A stretch of 64,000 nucleotides of DNA from Octopus vulgaris. Taxonomy: Eukaryota. The stretch lies in assembly GCA_951406725.2 (NCBI GenBank), contig OX597833.1, positions 1,922,001-1,986,000 of the forward strand, given 5' to 3'. The translations under genes were made by a program, and so were the position numbers. The stretch's first letter is position 1. Each line of letters begins with the position of its first letter. This document shows, one piece after another, positions 14,854 to 27,634 of the stretch. Under the pieces are notes generated by a model. That model ran no database searches. It was not told the origin of the DNA and saw only the letters and a list, made by a program, of their open reading frames with translations.

Positions 14854-15096
14854 CAATTAAAAAATTAAATTTAGAAACATTAAAAGAAAAGTTTTTTTTA
14901 AAAGAATATTTGTATAGTGTTCAAATATAAGTGGCATTTTCCTTGTTTCTGCCTTTCTCTGTCTCTCTTGATTACACTTGTGGGTTCGAGGTCGGTATAT
15001 ATATATATATATTCTACGGGTTGACAAGTTCAACAGATGCTATGTGGGGCCACATAGAATATAATAATTGTAGACAGTTCTGAGAATAATTGATAT

Positions 15097-15266
15097 AGGC
15101 GCAGGAGTGGCTGTGTGGTAAGTAGCTTGCTAACCAACCACATGGTTGCGGGTTCAGTCCCACTGCGTGGCATCTTGGGCAAGTGTCTTCTGCTATAGCC
15201 CCGGGCCGACCAATGCCTTGTGAGTGGATTTGGTAGACGGAAACTGAAAGAAGCCTGTCGTATATG

Positions 15267-15297
<31 letters not shown>

Positions 15298-15515
15298 TTG
15301 TGTGTCTGTGTTTGTCTTCCTAGCATTGCTTGACAGCCGCTGCTGGTGTGTTTACGTCCCCGTCACTTAGCGGTTCGGCAAAGGAGACTGATAGAATAAG
15401 TACTGGGCTTACAAAGAATAAGTCCCGCGGTCGATTTGCTCGACTAAAGGCGGTGCTCCAGCATGGCCGCAGTCAAATGACTGAAACAAGTAAAAGAGTA
15501 AAAGAGTAAAGAGTA
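15097..15515 (+). mobile_element. SINE family C, full length
   Basis: tRNA-like head, CORE-like block, internal microsatellite, (TAAAAGAG)n tail. Confidence 0.92.
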
Positions 15516-15678
15516 TGTAAGTCATAATGGTTAGTCCGATAAATTATACTTTGAATTCCCGACGTTCCCGAAGAGCCAGAAACGTGGCATGGCGCATTTG
15601 GTTGGACTAACGGATATAGATTAAATAAATGCTACATTCACCCTGTTTTTACTATTTAAGAATCGTACTTAATGTAAA

Positions 15679-15981
15679 TGTGGAGGCACAATGGCCCAGT
15701 GGTTAGGGTAGCGGACTCGCGGTTTCGATTCCCAGACCGGGCGTTGTGTGTGTTTATTGAGCGAAAACACCTAAAAGCTCTACGATGCTCCGGCAGGGGG
15801 TGGTGGCGACCCCTGTTGTACTCTTTCGCCACAACTTTCTCTCACACTCTCTTCCTGTTTCTTCAGTAACGCAGCGATGGACTGGCGTCCCGTCCAGCTG
15901 GGGGGGGGGGACACATACGCCTTAGAAACCGGGAAACCAGGCCCATGAGCCTGGCTAGGCTTGAAAAGGCCGAAAAAAAAA
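15679..15981 (+). mobile_element. SINE family B head with tail type 3 and a 12-bp TSD
   Basis: B head followed by GATGGACTGGCGTCCCGTCCAG... and poly(A); TSD CTTAATGTAAAT at 15668 and 15983. Confidence 0.85.
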
Positions 15982-16415
15982 GCTTAATGTAAATAAACCG
16001 TGATAGGTGTTCCTTTAGTAATAATCGGAAAATAGTATCTCTTATAGATTTGCAGTGTGAAAAAAGGAAGAAAAAGGCATACATAGGAACGAGACGGGAC
16101 TCGTCCCAGTTGCGGCGAATAAGAATGCTGTTCGCATTTCAGCCTTGTTGTATTTCATCAGTAGCATGTGAGATTATCCAGAGTCCTCAAAAGAAATTCG
16201 ACACCTCTGATATAAATGACAACTGTAAACAAAGAATCACTGATGTTGCAAGCAGTCGTTTGACTGAATAATAACCTATAATATGCAATAGAGGCATTAT
16301 TAGATTAAAATAGTTAGCTGTGTAACATACATAATTTAAAAACACGACGATATACAGATTCTCTCCATCTCCACGGGTACATAAGCGCGTACACTCACAC
16401 ACACACACACATACA

Positions 16416-16456
<41 letters not shown>

Positions 16457-16602
16457 ACATATATATATATATATAAAACACACAAATATACTTGCATATA
16501 TGTATATATATATGGTTGTGTGACGTGGGGTTGTGTATAAATATAAGGAAGAAAATGGAGATGAAGTGTATCTGTAACGATGTGGGTATGTGTTGGTGTG
16601 TG

Positions 16603-16648
<46 letters not shown>

Positions 16649-17410
16649 TGTGTAAGATAGTGTGCTTGAATGTACACTGTCAAACTGTGTATACAACAGC
16701 AATTTGTCATATGAAAACAGCGCACCGATGCAGTAGACGTACTAATATAAATTCGATATTTTTTTCACATATGTAACATAGAGTTCTCGGAAAAAAAAAA
16801 GAACCTTCGCTGAAATGTGATTATCCATGCGGTGAGAGGACAAACACTCTCCCTTTAGAATTATTTAAAATTGGATGAGAAACAACAAGCAATGTAGACA
16901 ACACCAATAAAATCAATTACAGGAAAACAAATTCTACGGATGTCTTTGTGTGAACAACGTTGTGGCAGTTGATTTGTGCAGTCCGGAGACATACCTGTAA
17001 AGTTTCATTCCAGAAACTGAAGCTTATCGATATCAGGAAATCGAAAGCCGATAGTTTTTTTCTTTTTGCTTTTTTCAAACAAAAAAAACATAATATTTTT
17101 GAGAAAAATAATCATGAAATAAATATAAAAGAATGGCTCTAGGATATCTAGGAATAGGCACCGAAGTTAATAAGAATTTATCAATTGACACAGAATTTCT
17201 CAAAAGAAATCGAATCTGTCTAAAATATTCACTATTATTTGATCGACGCACCGGTTTGATTGTTATATGAATTAATAATACCGCGGTGAGTCTTTCTTTT
17301 CTTTTTACTTACCATGTAGAAATCAACTTAGTTAGCGTTATAGGTGACACTCATATATGTGTATACAGTTATATATACTCATATACATACATATATATAT
17401 ATAAGCATGT

Positions 17411-17478
<68 letters not shown>

Positions 17479-17537
17479 CTGTTTGTGTCTGTGTGTGTCT
17501 GTGTCTGTGTATGTATATATATACTACTCCACTCAAT

Positions 17538-17792
17538 CGGTTACGAATGACCATGGTTGCACCTAGGAGGTTCCCCTCTGGGGCACAAGTCAACGGTGAA
17601 CGCACAACTTAGGGTTCTTTTTAAGGAAGGCCAGCTGTCTCCCATGCATACCAGCCTCCCCTCTCCATACCATTGTTGTTGTCCAAGAGAAAAGCAAAGG
17701 TCCGATACAGCTTGGCACCTGTGACGTCGCAACTCATTTCTACAGCTGAGCTAACTGGAGCAACGTGAAATAAAATGTCTTGCTCAAGAACA
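17538..17792 (-). mobile_element. SINE family D, 5'-truncated
   Basis: Reverse complement is homologous to 56997-57250. Confidence 0.8.
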
Positions 17793-17796
17793 ACGC

Positions 17797-17854
<58 letters not shown>

Positions 17855-17856
<2 letters not shown>

Positions 17857-18067
17857 GCAGTCAGTCGCCATGATAGATCGTTAGCTCCTACACGCATTTT
17901 TTTCTCTCCTTGTTTGTCTCCTTGTGATTTTTTCTGTGTCCCTTTCTGTAGAAGAGCGTAGGCTCGAAACGTTAAAGACTTTTTCTATTCCTGAGCGTTA
18001 TACTAATACATCTGTTTGTTTTGTACACCACCTGTCCCCGTCTTTTGATTTTTCGTAAACTCTCCCT
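17855..18067 (+). mobile_element. (TA)n-inserted element, family H4, with a minimal hammerhead-like motif (17938-17979)
   Basis: cttt CTGTAGA a GAGC gtag GCTC GAAAC GTT aaag; homologues at 43519, 55590 (-) and 63180. Confidence 0.75.
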
Positions 18068-18137
18068 ATATGTATATATATATATTTATATATATATGTG
18101 TGTACGTGTGTGTGTGTGTATGTATGTATATATATAT

Positions 18138-18239
<102 letters not shown>

Positions 18240-18281
18240 GAGTGTATACCTTGTTTAAACCTGCGTTAACTCCATTTTTTA

Positions 18282-18335
<54 letters not shown>

Positions 18336-18555
18336 TCAATATAGGGTGGCAAAAAATTTTGTAGAATTTTATTGCCACCAGCGGCCTAGTGGGAAAAAAA
18401 TTAAATAGTCATAGACCATTTATAAGTTCAACATCACAATCAAGGAACGGCCATAATAGGCCATTCACCCACTAGAAATAACAGCCAAAGCTTCAACCGC
18501 AAAATAACATTAATTCCGCAAACCAGGAGAAAATTAAAAAAACATTTACCCTGTA

Positions 18556-18662
18556 ATTTCTTATACGATGCACCGTTTCATCTATTGTTTAATGGTAAAC
18601 TAACCTGATTAAATTAAATCAAGCCAATCTTCCATAGGCCCTTAGATTCGTCAGTAAGAAAT
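18556..18662 (-). ncRNA. Type I hammerhead ribozyme
   Basis: Minus strand: atttctta CTGACGA atcta...tagat GAAAC ggtgcatc GTA taagaaat. Confidence 0.88.
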
Positions 18663-18894
18663 AGCCAGATCGGAACAGATATTTTCACGAGGCACTTCTG
18701 TCCCTGCCTCGGCAATATCTGATCTATATTGATTAATTATGAATTTTCTGGTTGATTCCGTAATGGAATCGGCGGCTTATATTTATTTGCTGCCGATAAA
18801 TTTGGCGCGAGTGCGATGATTTGAAAATTTTAGGTCAGATATTGCCGAGGCAGGGACAGAAGTGCCTCGTGAAAATATCTGTTCCGATCTGGCT

Positions 18895-18999
18895 ATTTCT
18901 TACTGACGAATCTAAGGGCCTATGGAAGATTGGCTTGATTTAATTTAATCAGGTTAGTTTACCATTAAACAATAGATGAAACGGTATCGTATAAGAAAT
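18895..18999 (+). ncRNA. Type I hammerhead ribozyme
   Basis: atttctta CTGACGA(18903) atcta...tagat GAAAC ggtatc GTA(18991) taagaaat; perfect 8-bp stem I. Confidence 0.88.
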
Positions 19000-19115
19000 T
19001 ACAGGGTAAATGTTTTTTTAATTTTCTCCTGGTTTGCGGAATTAATGTTATTTTGCGGTTGAAGCTTTGGCTGTTATTTCTAGTGGGTAATATTATGGCC
19101 GTTCCTTGATTGTGA

Positions 19116-19183
<68 letters not shown>

Positions 19184-19192
19184 ATATACATG

Positions 19193-19239
<47 letters not shown>

Positions 19240-19269
19240 ACGAGAAACAAGCAACAAGAATGGATTAGT

Positions 19270-19360
19270 TTTTAGTACAATTGTTTCATACAAAGACAGG
19301 CTTTATTACAAGTTGCAAAAATTGCAGCATATAAAAGTGTCCCGTACTCATCAGCTAAAA
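19270..19360 (-). ncRNA. Type I hammerhead ribozyme
   Basis: Inverted copy of 19963-20053. Confidence 0.85.
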
Positions 19361-19962
19361 TACATATGAGTTCTCCAGACATCTTAGTGGGTAAGGTTAT
19401 ACTCATGAAATATTGAAGATAATTCCATTAAAGGCAGATATAGGTTGTAAACAGTTTTCCAAAGTTCCTTAATGATGATGCACAGTCTTATCACAGATTT
19501 TTAAAAACTTATTAGTTTCGAAGAGAAGATGAATTAATCCATAGTGTAGATTTAAATTTCCAGAGATATGAGGAGGATGATGCACAGACTTATCACTGGT
19601 TTTTAAAAACTTATTAGCTTCACAGAAAAGGTGAATTAATCCGTAGTGAAGATTTAAATTTCCAGCGGTAAGAGGAGGAATTTCATACTCACAGACGATG
19701 AATTTAACTATTCTTAATCCACAATCATTTCATGCTATATGATAAGGTAATTTGCCATATTACTGCTCTCCGTGCACACTATGGATTAATTCATCTTCTC
19801 TTTGAAACTAATAAGTTTTTTAAAATCTGTGATAAGACTGTGCATCATCATTAAGGAACTTTGGAAAACTGTTTACAACCTATATCTGCCTTTAATGGAA
19901 TTATCTCCAATATTTCATGAGTATAACCTCACCCACTAAGATGTCTGGAGAACTCAAATGTA

Positions 19963-20053
19963 TTTTAGCTGATGAGTACGGGACACTTTTATATGCTGCA
20001 ATTTTTGCAACTTGTAATAAAGCCTGTCTTTGTATGAAACAATTGTACTAAAA
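19963..20053 (+). ncRNA. Type I hammerhead ribozyme
   Basis: ttttag CTGATGA(19969) gtac...gtat GAAAC aatt GTA(20047) ctaaaa. Confidence 0.87.
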
Positions 20054-20197
20054 ACCAATCCATTCTTGTTGCTTCTTTCTCGTTTATAATCACCCCACAT
20101 TACTGTATGGATAACACCATATAGTTTTTCTGGTGCATCTAAGTTAAGTACCACATTCAAGTAAATTCATTGGAATTTACTTGAATCTTAATTGCTT

Positions 20198-20249
<52 letters not shown>

Positions 20250-20250
20250 G

Positions 20251-20289
<39 letters not shown>

Positions 20290-20889
20290 AGAGAAATAAA
20301 CGAGAAAGACAGAGAGAAAGAGACGACATGTTTAGTGTAATCTCTGGTCGTTGTCTTGTTTAAATGTACATGTATATGTGGCGATCATAACATATATTTT
20401 GGAACGTATTCTGAACAAAAATGTTTTTTTTTTTTTCTTCTTATCCTTCAGACACAAGAAAATGTCTCACAAGATACTGGCAGAATACATTGTAAATATA
20501 ATAAAGAAACTTATAATCGGGTTCAACAGAGACACCATACATGTGTTTACCACATTGTTAAATAATACAAACACCTATAACTTATGAAGAGTGTTAGATT
20601 CTTCAGCGTAATCTACTGGCTTTGATTTTGTTCTTCATTCTTCTGTTATCTTGTTTAATGGAATTTGTTAAACAGACATTAGAGTTCTTTTTTTTTTTAG
20701 GTTGTGTTTAGAAATCAGTTCTTGTCAGAAGGTGGTGTTACCATTTACGTAAATCCTCCAGAGCTGATGGAACGAGGGGATTGTAAGTGCGTCTTTCAAA
20801 TTCTATCGAAATAAGCTTCGCTTTTCATTTGTTCACGATTGATTAAAATTAATGCCAATCCTGGTAAAGAATTCGAAGGAATCGACTGC

Positions 20890-21998
20890 AATCTCTGCCT
20901 TCAATAATGCTCACCCAATCATTTCTGCAGCGCATTACTCTACTCTTTTACTCTTTTACTCTTTTAATTGTTTCAGTCATTTGACTGCGGCCATGCTGGA
21001 GCACCGCCTTTAGTCGAGCAAATCGACCCCGGGACTTATTCTTTTTGTAAGCCCAGTACTTATTCTAGCGGTCTCTTTTGCCGAACCGCTAAGTGACGGG
21101 GACGTAAACACACCAGCATCGGTTGTCAAGCAATGCTAGGGGGACAAACACACACAAACATACACACACATACACATATATATATATATATACATATATA
21201 CGACAGGCGTAATTCAGTTTCCGTCTAGCAAATCCACTCACAAGGCTTTGGTCGGCCCGGGGCTATAGCAGAAGACACTTGCCCAAGATGCCACGCAGTG
21301 GGACTGAACCCGGAACCATGTGGTTGGTAAGCAAGCTACTTACCACACAGCCACTCCTGCATTGTTTACAAGAGATGAAAAATAGGTCTTGCATCACAAC
21401 AGAAAATGAAAAAACGATAGTTATCACGTAATGAGAGGCTGGTGCCGAAACCAAAACGAGAATTCCAGCGACAAAACCCTTACTCTGTGTTTGGTGGAAC
21501 ATGAAAGGTATTGTCCATTACGAGCGACTGAAACGTGGAAGGACCATCAGTTTAGATGTCTTTTGCTTACGAGTTGATCGTGCAAATGAAAAATTACGTC
21601 GAAAGTGGCCACCTTTGCTTAACATGAAAATGCACGGACACATTCTTGGAAACAGACCCTAGAAAAAATAAGATCGTTAGGACGAGAATTTCTTCCACAT
21701 CCTCCATATTCACCTTACATAGCATCTACGGATTTCTATCTGTTCCGATCACTAGAACATTATATAAGAGGCAAAACATTCAGAAACAGAGAGGAAGTTC
21801 AAAACGGTCTCAGACTTTTTTCAGGAAAATAAATGGTTTTTCTTTAAAAGTGGCACAAAAAAAAAAGATTCCAGCTGGATTGAAGTCGTTGAAAATGATG
21901 GAGGTTACTCTTGATTAAAATTATTCAGATAAACGTTGTTGAAATTCGTTTTTGTATTCTTTCTGGTAAATTGCTATTATTTTCCGAAGACCCTAATA
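20890..21998 (+). pseudogene. Decayed mariner transposase split by a SINE C
   Basis: Peptide relics FLQRI|V..DEK*V, LLCVWWNMKGIVHYE and EFLPHPPYSPYIASTDFYLFRSLEH (mariner YSPDLAP.D motif); several stops and frameshifts; TIR-like end ...GACCCTAATA. The left boundary is approximate. Confidence 0.85.
20937..21360 (-). mobile_element. SINE family C nested in the mariner
   Basis: Near full-length minus copy; GCATT is repeated at both junctions. Confidence 0.9.
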
Positions 21999-22099
21999 TG
22001 TATATATAGGGTTCTAGGTTCAGTGCCACTATTATTGTCCCAGGCTGACCAAAAGTCTTTCTGAGTTGATTTCGTGGATTTCGAAACTGAAAGAAGCCC

Positions 22100-22159
<60 letters not shown>

Positions 22160-22161
22160 TA

Positions 22162-22479
22162 TTAGGTTTTTGTATTTCGTTTACAAGATTCTTTATGTTA
22201 ATTCGTGTGTTGAAACGTATTTTGTTGTGTCTAGAGAGATTGTTGTGCCTTATAATTTAACACATTCTTCCTTATTTTCCACTTCTTCCTTATTTTCATT
22301 TTTCTAAATTTTTCGTTGCGTTGCAAACTTTTCATTAGTCAAGACTCTTGAAAATGTTGCAAGACACAACGAAAATTTTCGGAAAATAAAAATAAGGAAT
22401 AAGGGGAAATTTTGGAAATTTTACCGGTGAGTGTGTTAAATTATAGGGCACATAAAGAAAATGACTCCCAGACACAACA

Positions 22480-22482
<3 letters not shown>
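22162..22482 (-). mobile_element. Fold-back element, family H5
   Basis: Imperfect palindrome centred on AGTC-AA-GACT (22337-22346), tail on the left; homologous to 58666-58985. Confidence 0.75.
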
Positions 22483-22531
<49 letters not shown>

Positions 22532-22556
22532 TTTATTTTAAGCACAGAAAATTCAA

Positions 22557-22604
22557 CAAAATCTGTTACTCTGAGTTTCTCGTTGCCGTTCATCAGACAG
22601 TTTT
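22557..22604 (-). ncRNA. Minimal hammerhead ribozyme, family H6, in (TA)n insert 22531-22617
   Basis: Minus strand: aaaactgt CTGATGA a cg gcaa cg a GAAAC tcaga GTA acagatttt; stem II is weak. Confidence 0.7.
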
Positions 22605-23146
22605 TGCTAGATGGAACATATATATTAATAATCTATATACAAACGCTATTTAAAAAGAAATGGATATTGGCCCTTTAGAAAAAACGGTCAATATAAACAA
22701 AAGGTCAAAAATATATGTATATATACACAGATACGCATGCTTACAAATACATATGCTTTGCTATACACAAACTTATATAAACATTCTAAATTTGACAACA
22801 TTGCTTTTTAAAAAAAAACATTGCTTTTAAAAAATGGGTGCATTAATAAAAATATATACGAAAGACATATAAAATAAAATATAACATCCTATTTTGGGTC
22901 ATTTATAAATAATCAAGGTAATATAAATAATCAAGGTAATCTTATGCAATACAATAACATGAAAACAAAGTTTGTAGGTTTTTCCTAATATATATGTAGA
23001 AACAATAAGACTTTGCTATAGGTCCGTCGTAGCGCTCAAGAGTCAAAATCAAAATCAAAAAATCAAAATACAAAATATATACTCTATCCATATGGTATAT
23101 TTATATTCGACATTTTAAATTTAGCCGTGTGCCTACATAAGTTCAT

Positions 23147-23204
<58 letters not shown>

Positions 23205-23207
<3 letters not shown>

Positions 23208-23620
23208 TCTTTATTCTCTTTTACTCTTTTACTTGTTTCAGTCATTTGACTGCGGCCATGCTGGAGCACCGCCTTTAGTCGAGCAACTCGACCCCGGGAC
23301 TTATTCTTTTTGTAAGCCCAGTACTTATACTTTAGGTCTCTTTTTACCGAACCGCTAAGTGACGGGGACGTAAACACACCAGCATCGGTTGTCAAGCAAT
23401 GCTAGGGGAACAAACACAGACACACAAATACACACACATACATATATATATACATATATACGACAGGCTTCTTTCAGTTTCCGTCTACCAAATCCACTCA
23501 CAAGGCATTGGTCGGCCCGGGGCTATAGCAGAAGACACTTGCCCAAGATGCCACGCAGTGGGACTGAACCCGGAACCATATTGTTGGTAAGGAAGCTACT
23601 TACCACACAGCCACTCCTGC
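23205..23620 (-). mobile_element. SINE family C
   Basis: Near full-length minus copy. Confidence 0.9.
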
Positions 23621-23691
<71 letters not shown>

Positions 23692-23764
23692 ATAATAAAG
23701 AGATAATGTGTGTGTGTGCGTGTGTGTCTCTGTGTGTGTGTGCGTGTGTGTCTCTGTGTGTGTC

Positions 23765-23811
<47 letters not shown>

Positions 23812-24442
23812 GATTGACTAAAACGCACTCCTTACTGTATTTCTTCCGGTTTGTTAGGTCCTGAGTTCAAATGCTTCTGACGTCAATTTAAACTTTCATC
23901 TCACCACCATAAATAACATAGAGTATCAATTAACCCCTCCCCTCAAATTGAAATCCATGCAATAAATGACTACTGTTGTTCATATTGTTATTGTGGTTGT
24001 TGCTGTTCTTTTAATTGCTTGTACATGGTTTTTCAGTTAGTTCGCATTATCTAAGAAGGAAATACATTACTTCTCTCATCGACTGCAAATTCGTTGTATT
24101 TCGGTCACGTTCGGCTTTGGTTTCCGTGAAGTTAGATCCGCGGCTAACGCGATAATGGGAAATATTTATGATATATAAACCAGGGTCTCAAATAAATCAA
24201 CTCATATTATACATACATATATCTATGTGTGTGCCTGTGTGTATGAGTGTGTGTGGATGTGAGTGTGTGTGTATAAAGGTTACATAAAGGTAGAGATAGA
24301 TAGATACACAGAGAGATAGACACTTATATATATACATACAAGCATATATACACACATATATGAATTATATGTATAGGCACGTCTGTGTGTGAAAATATAT
24401 GTATATTTATGCACATATATATATATATATATACATGCATGC

Positions 24443-24514
<72 letters not shown>

Positions 24515-24560
24515 GAGTGTGTTTGCATATATGTATGAATGTATGGATATATATGTATGC

Positions 24561-24592
<32 letters not shown>

Positions 24593-24727
24593 ATATATAT
24601 ACATACCTACATACATGCATACACATTTTTGCCTACTGGCATAAATAAATATACATGTATATGCGTGTGACTGTGTTTTTGTATTTTCATCTTTAAACCT
24701 AGCTGTATGCCTCGCTATCAAACTTTG

Positions 24728-24759
<32 letters not shown>

Positions 24760-24788
24760 TACAGACGCACACACATACACGCATATAC

Positions 24789-24869
<81 letters not shown>

Positions 24870-25121
24870 TCGGCGCGCGTTATTGTGCGCAAAAGGTTGT
24901 AGATTTTGTGGAGGACCTGAATGACGTATCGTAGCATAGAACACGTGATTTAATTATATACATTAATACATAAATATTGCCCAGAGTTTTGATTTATTGC
25001 AAATTGGTACTCATCAATTAGACAGATAATCGACAAACATTCCCTGTGATTGATAACCTGTGTGCGGATATGTATATACACCCATTGATTATTGTTAATA
25101 CTGCACGCTTTCTGTCAACTG

Positions 25122-25290
<169 letters not shown>

Positions 25291-25462
25291 AGTATGTATG
25301 CATGTAAGTATATATATGTATGCATACATATATGCATATTTATATATATATATATATACATATATATATGTATTTATATATATACACGAACATATATATA
25401 TATGTATGCATATATATATGCATACATACATTATGAATATATATATACATACATATATTATG

Positions 25463-25502
<40 letters not shown>

Positions 25503-26285
25503 CATACATATATACATACGTATATAAATATATATGTACATATACATACATATATATATATGTATATACATATATGTGTATGCATGTATATATAGGGTAT
25601 AGATATATTTATCTACATGTATACATCCATATACACGTGTGTATATGCATGTACATACTTACATACACCTACGCATATGCATGCATGTAAAGGAATATAT
25701 GCGTAAGCATGTAACCCTCGTATATACACTCACACAAACACACATATATAGATCTATGTGTACAAATGTGCAGGTGTGTTTAGAGAGAGGGAGAGAGAGA
25801 GAGAGAGAGAGGGAGGGAGAGATTGATCGATAGATAAAAAGACAGATTGACAGAGAGGGAGTGAGAGGGAGAGAGAGCCAGTAAGAGAGAGAGAGAGAGA
25901 GACAAACCGAATTTGTATTGTTAAAGTAAGGAACATTATTTCTTATGTTTGTAGCAAATTGTTTGTGTAAATTAGACGTTTAGGACAATTGACTGCCTCT
26001 GTTACAACTGGCCTCAAACATTTGGACATACACACACATATACACAAATAGACACGCACACACGCTTACATATATGCATATATATATATATACATACATG
26101 CATAAATATATCTGTATATACATATATAAATGTATATATATCTATATATACATATATACACAGACACATATACGTATATACAGATATATATATGCGCATA
26201 AATTTATGGGAGAAAAGAGAGAGAGACTAAGATAGGTAACGACGCATCGATAGACTGATGCTCAGAGTATTATATACATAAATAA

Positions 26286-26356
<71 letters not shown>

Positions 26357-26365
<9 letters not shown>

Positions 26366-26494
26366 TATTCATCTGGTTTCACCTCACGAGCTGTGGCCAT
26401 GCTGGGGCACCGCCATTCGGTGTTGCTACATGATTTTACTTCACGAATGCTTTTTAGCAATTGCCATTTGGTGCATGAGAAAGTTCGATGCAAC
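26357..26494 (-). mobile_element. CR1-group LINE 3' end (subfamily B)
   Basis: Matches 28512-28644 and the reverse complement of about 40705-40825. Confidence 0.85.
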
Positions 26495-27634
26495 AGGCAG
26501 TTGTGAGAAATGGAGCCACCTCCAAGGAAACGCAAATAACAAGCGGTGTCCCACAGGGCACTGTCTTGGGGCCACTGATGTTCATAGTGGCCCTTTCAGA
26601 CATGCCTTCAGTTGCTACGATGACCACCCTTGCTAGCTATGCAGATGACACAAAAGTCTCCCACGCAATACAAAACCCTGAAAATATTGCGCATCTGCAA
26701 CATGAGCTGGACACAATATACAGGTGGGCTGAGGACAACAACATGCAGTTTAATGCAGGTAAGTTCCAGGCCCTGCGCTACTGGCACACAAAGGTAAATG
26801 ACGTGAAGACTGGATACACTGGCCCAGGAAGAATTGCAATCCCTGAGTCAAAATCAGTGCGTGACCTGGGCATTGACATGAGCAATGATGCATCTTTCCA
26901 AATGCATATTGCTAATCTGGTGATAAAATGCAGACGGCTAGCTGGATGGATTCTCCGAACTTTCAGAACAAGAGAGAAGGAGACACTGATGGTCCTATGG
27001 AAAACATTTGTCCTCAGCCGCTTGGACTACTGCTCCCAACTTTGGTCACCACACAATATAAAACAAACAGCAGAACTCGAAGCAACTCAGAGAAGCTACA
27101 CAAAGAAAATCGTCTCAATGCAAAATGTCAGCTACTGGGAAAGACTGAAGGTATTAAACCTCTTCTCCCTGGAGCGGAGGCGGGAGAGATATGCAGTGAT
27201 ATACATCTGGAAAATCCTGGAGGGTCTTGTCCCAAACTTTGGCATTCAAAGTTACTCCAACCGCAGAACGGGCGCCGCTGCGTGGTGCCAAGGATTCCAA
27301 CATCACCATCAAAATACAGGTCCGGATACTGCAACAGCTTGGGTTTCAGAGGACCACAGCTCTTTAACATCCTCCCTAAATGCCTGTGAGACTTACATGG
27401 TGTGGATGTGGGTTTCTTTAAAACTAAACTGGATCTCTTCTTGTTGGGAGTCCCAGATGAACCTACCTCACGACAGGAGACACGGATGCGGGCAGCAGCA
27501 TCGAACTCCCTTGTTGATCAAGTGCCACGTATCAGATGTGGATTCACAAACTAGTGTAGCTCATTCAGCGGTGGTGCCCCAGCATGGCCGCGGCCTTCGG
27601 GCTAAAACATTTTTAAGGATTTAAGGATTTAAGG

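Larger units (their letters stand above)
18332..19117 (-). mobile_element. Fold-back hammerhead element, family H2
   Basis: Nearly perfect inverted arms 18432-18722 and 18835-19117, tail 18332-18431, (TA)n on both sides. Confidence 0.88.
19241..20200 (+). mobile_element. Fold-back hammerhead element, family H1-related (H3)
   Basis: Arms 19241-19547 and 19776-20082; tail 20085-20190 is homologous to the H1 tail; (TA)n on both sides. Confidence 0.88.

Noticed and set aside
26488-27624. 378-aa ORF as a functional gene
   Set aside because: It is a 5'-truncated LINE RT with a borrowed ATG, a frameshift near 27270 and a premature stop in the true frame.
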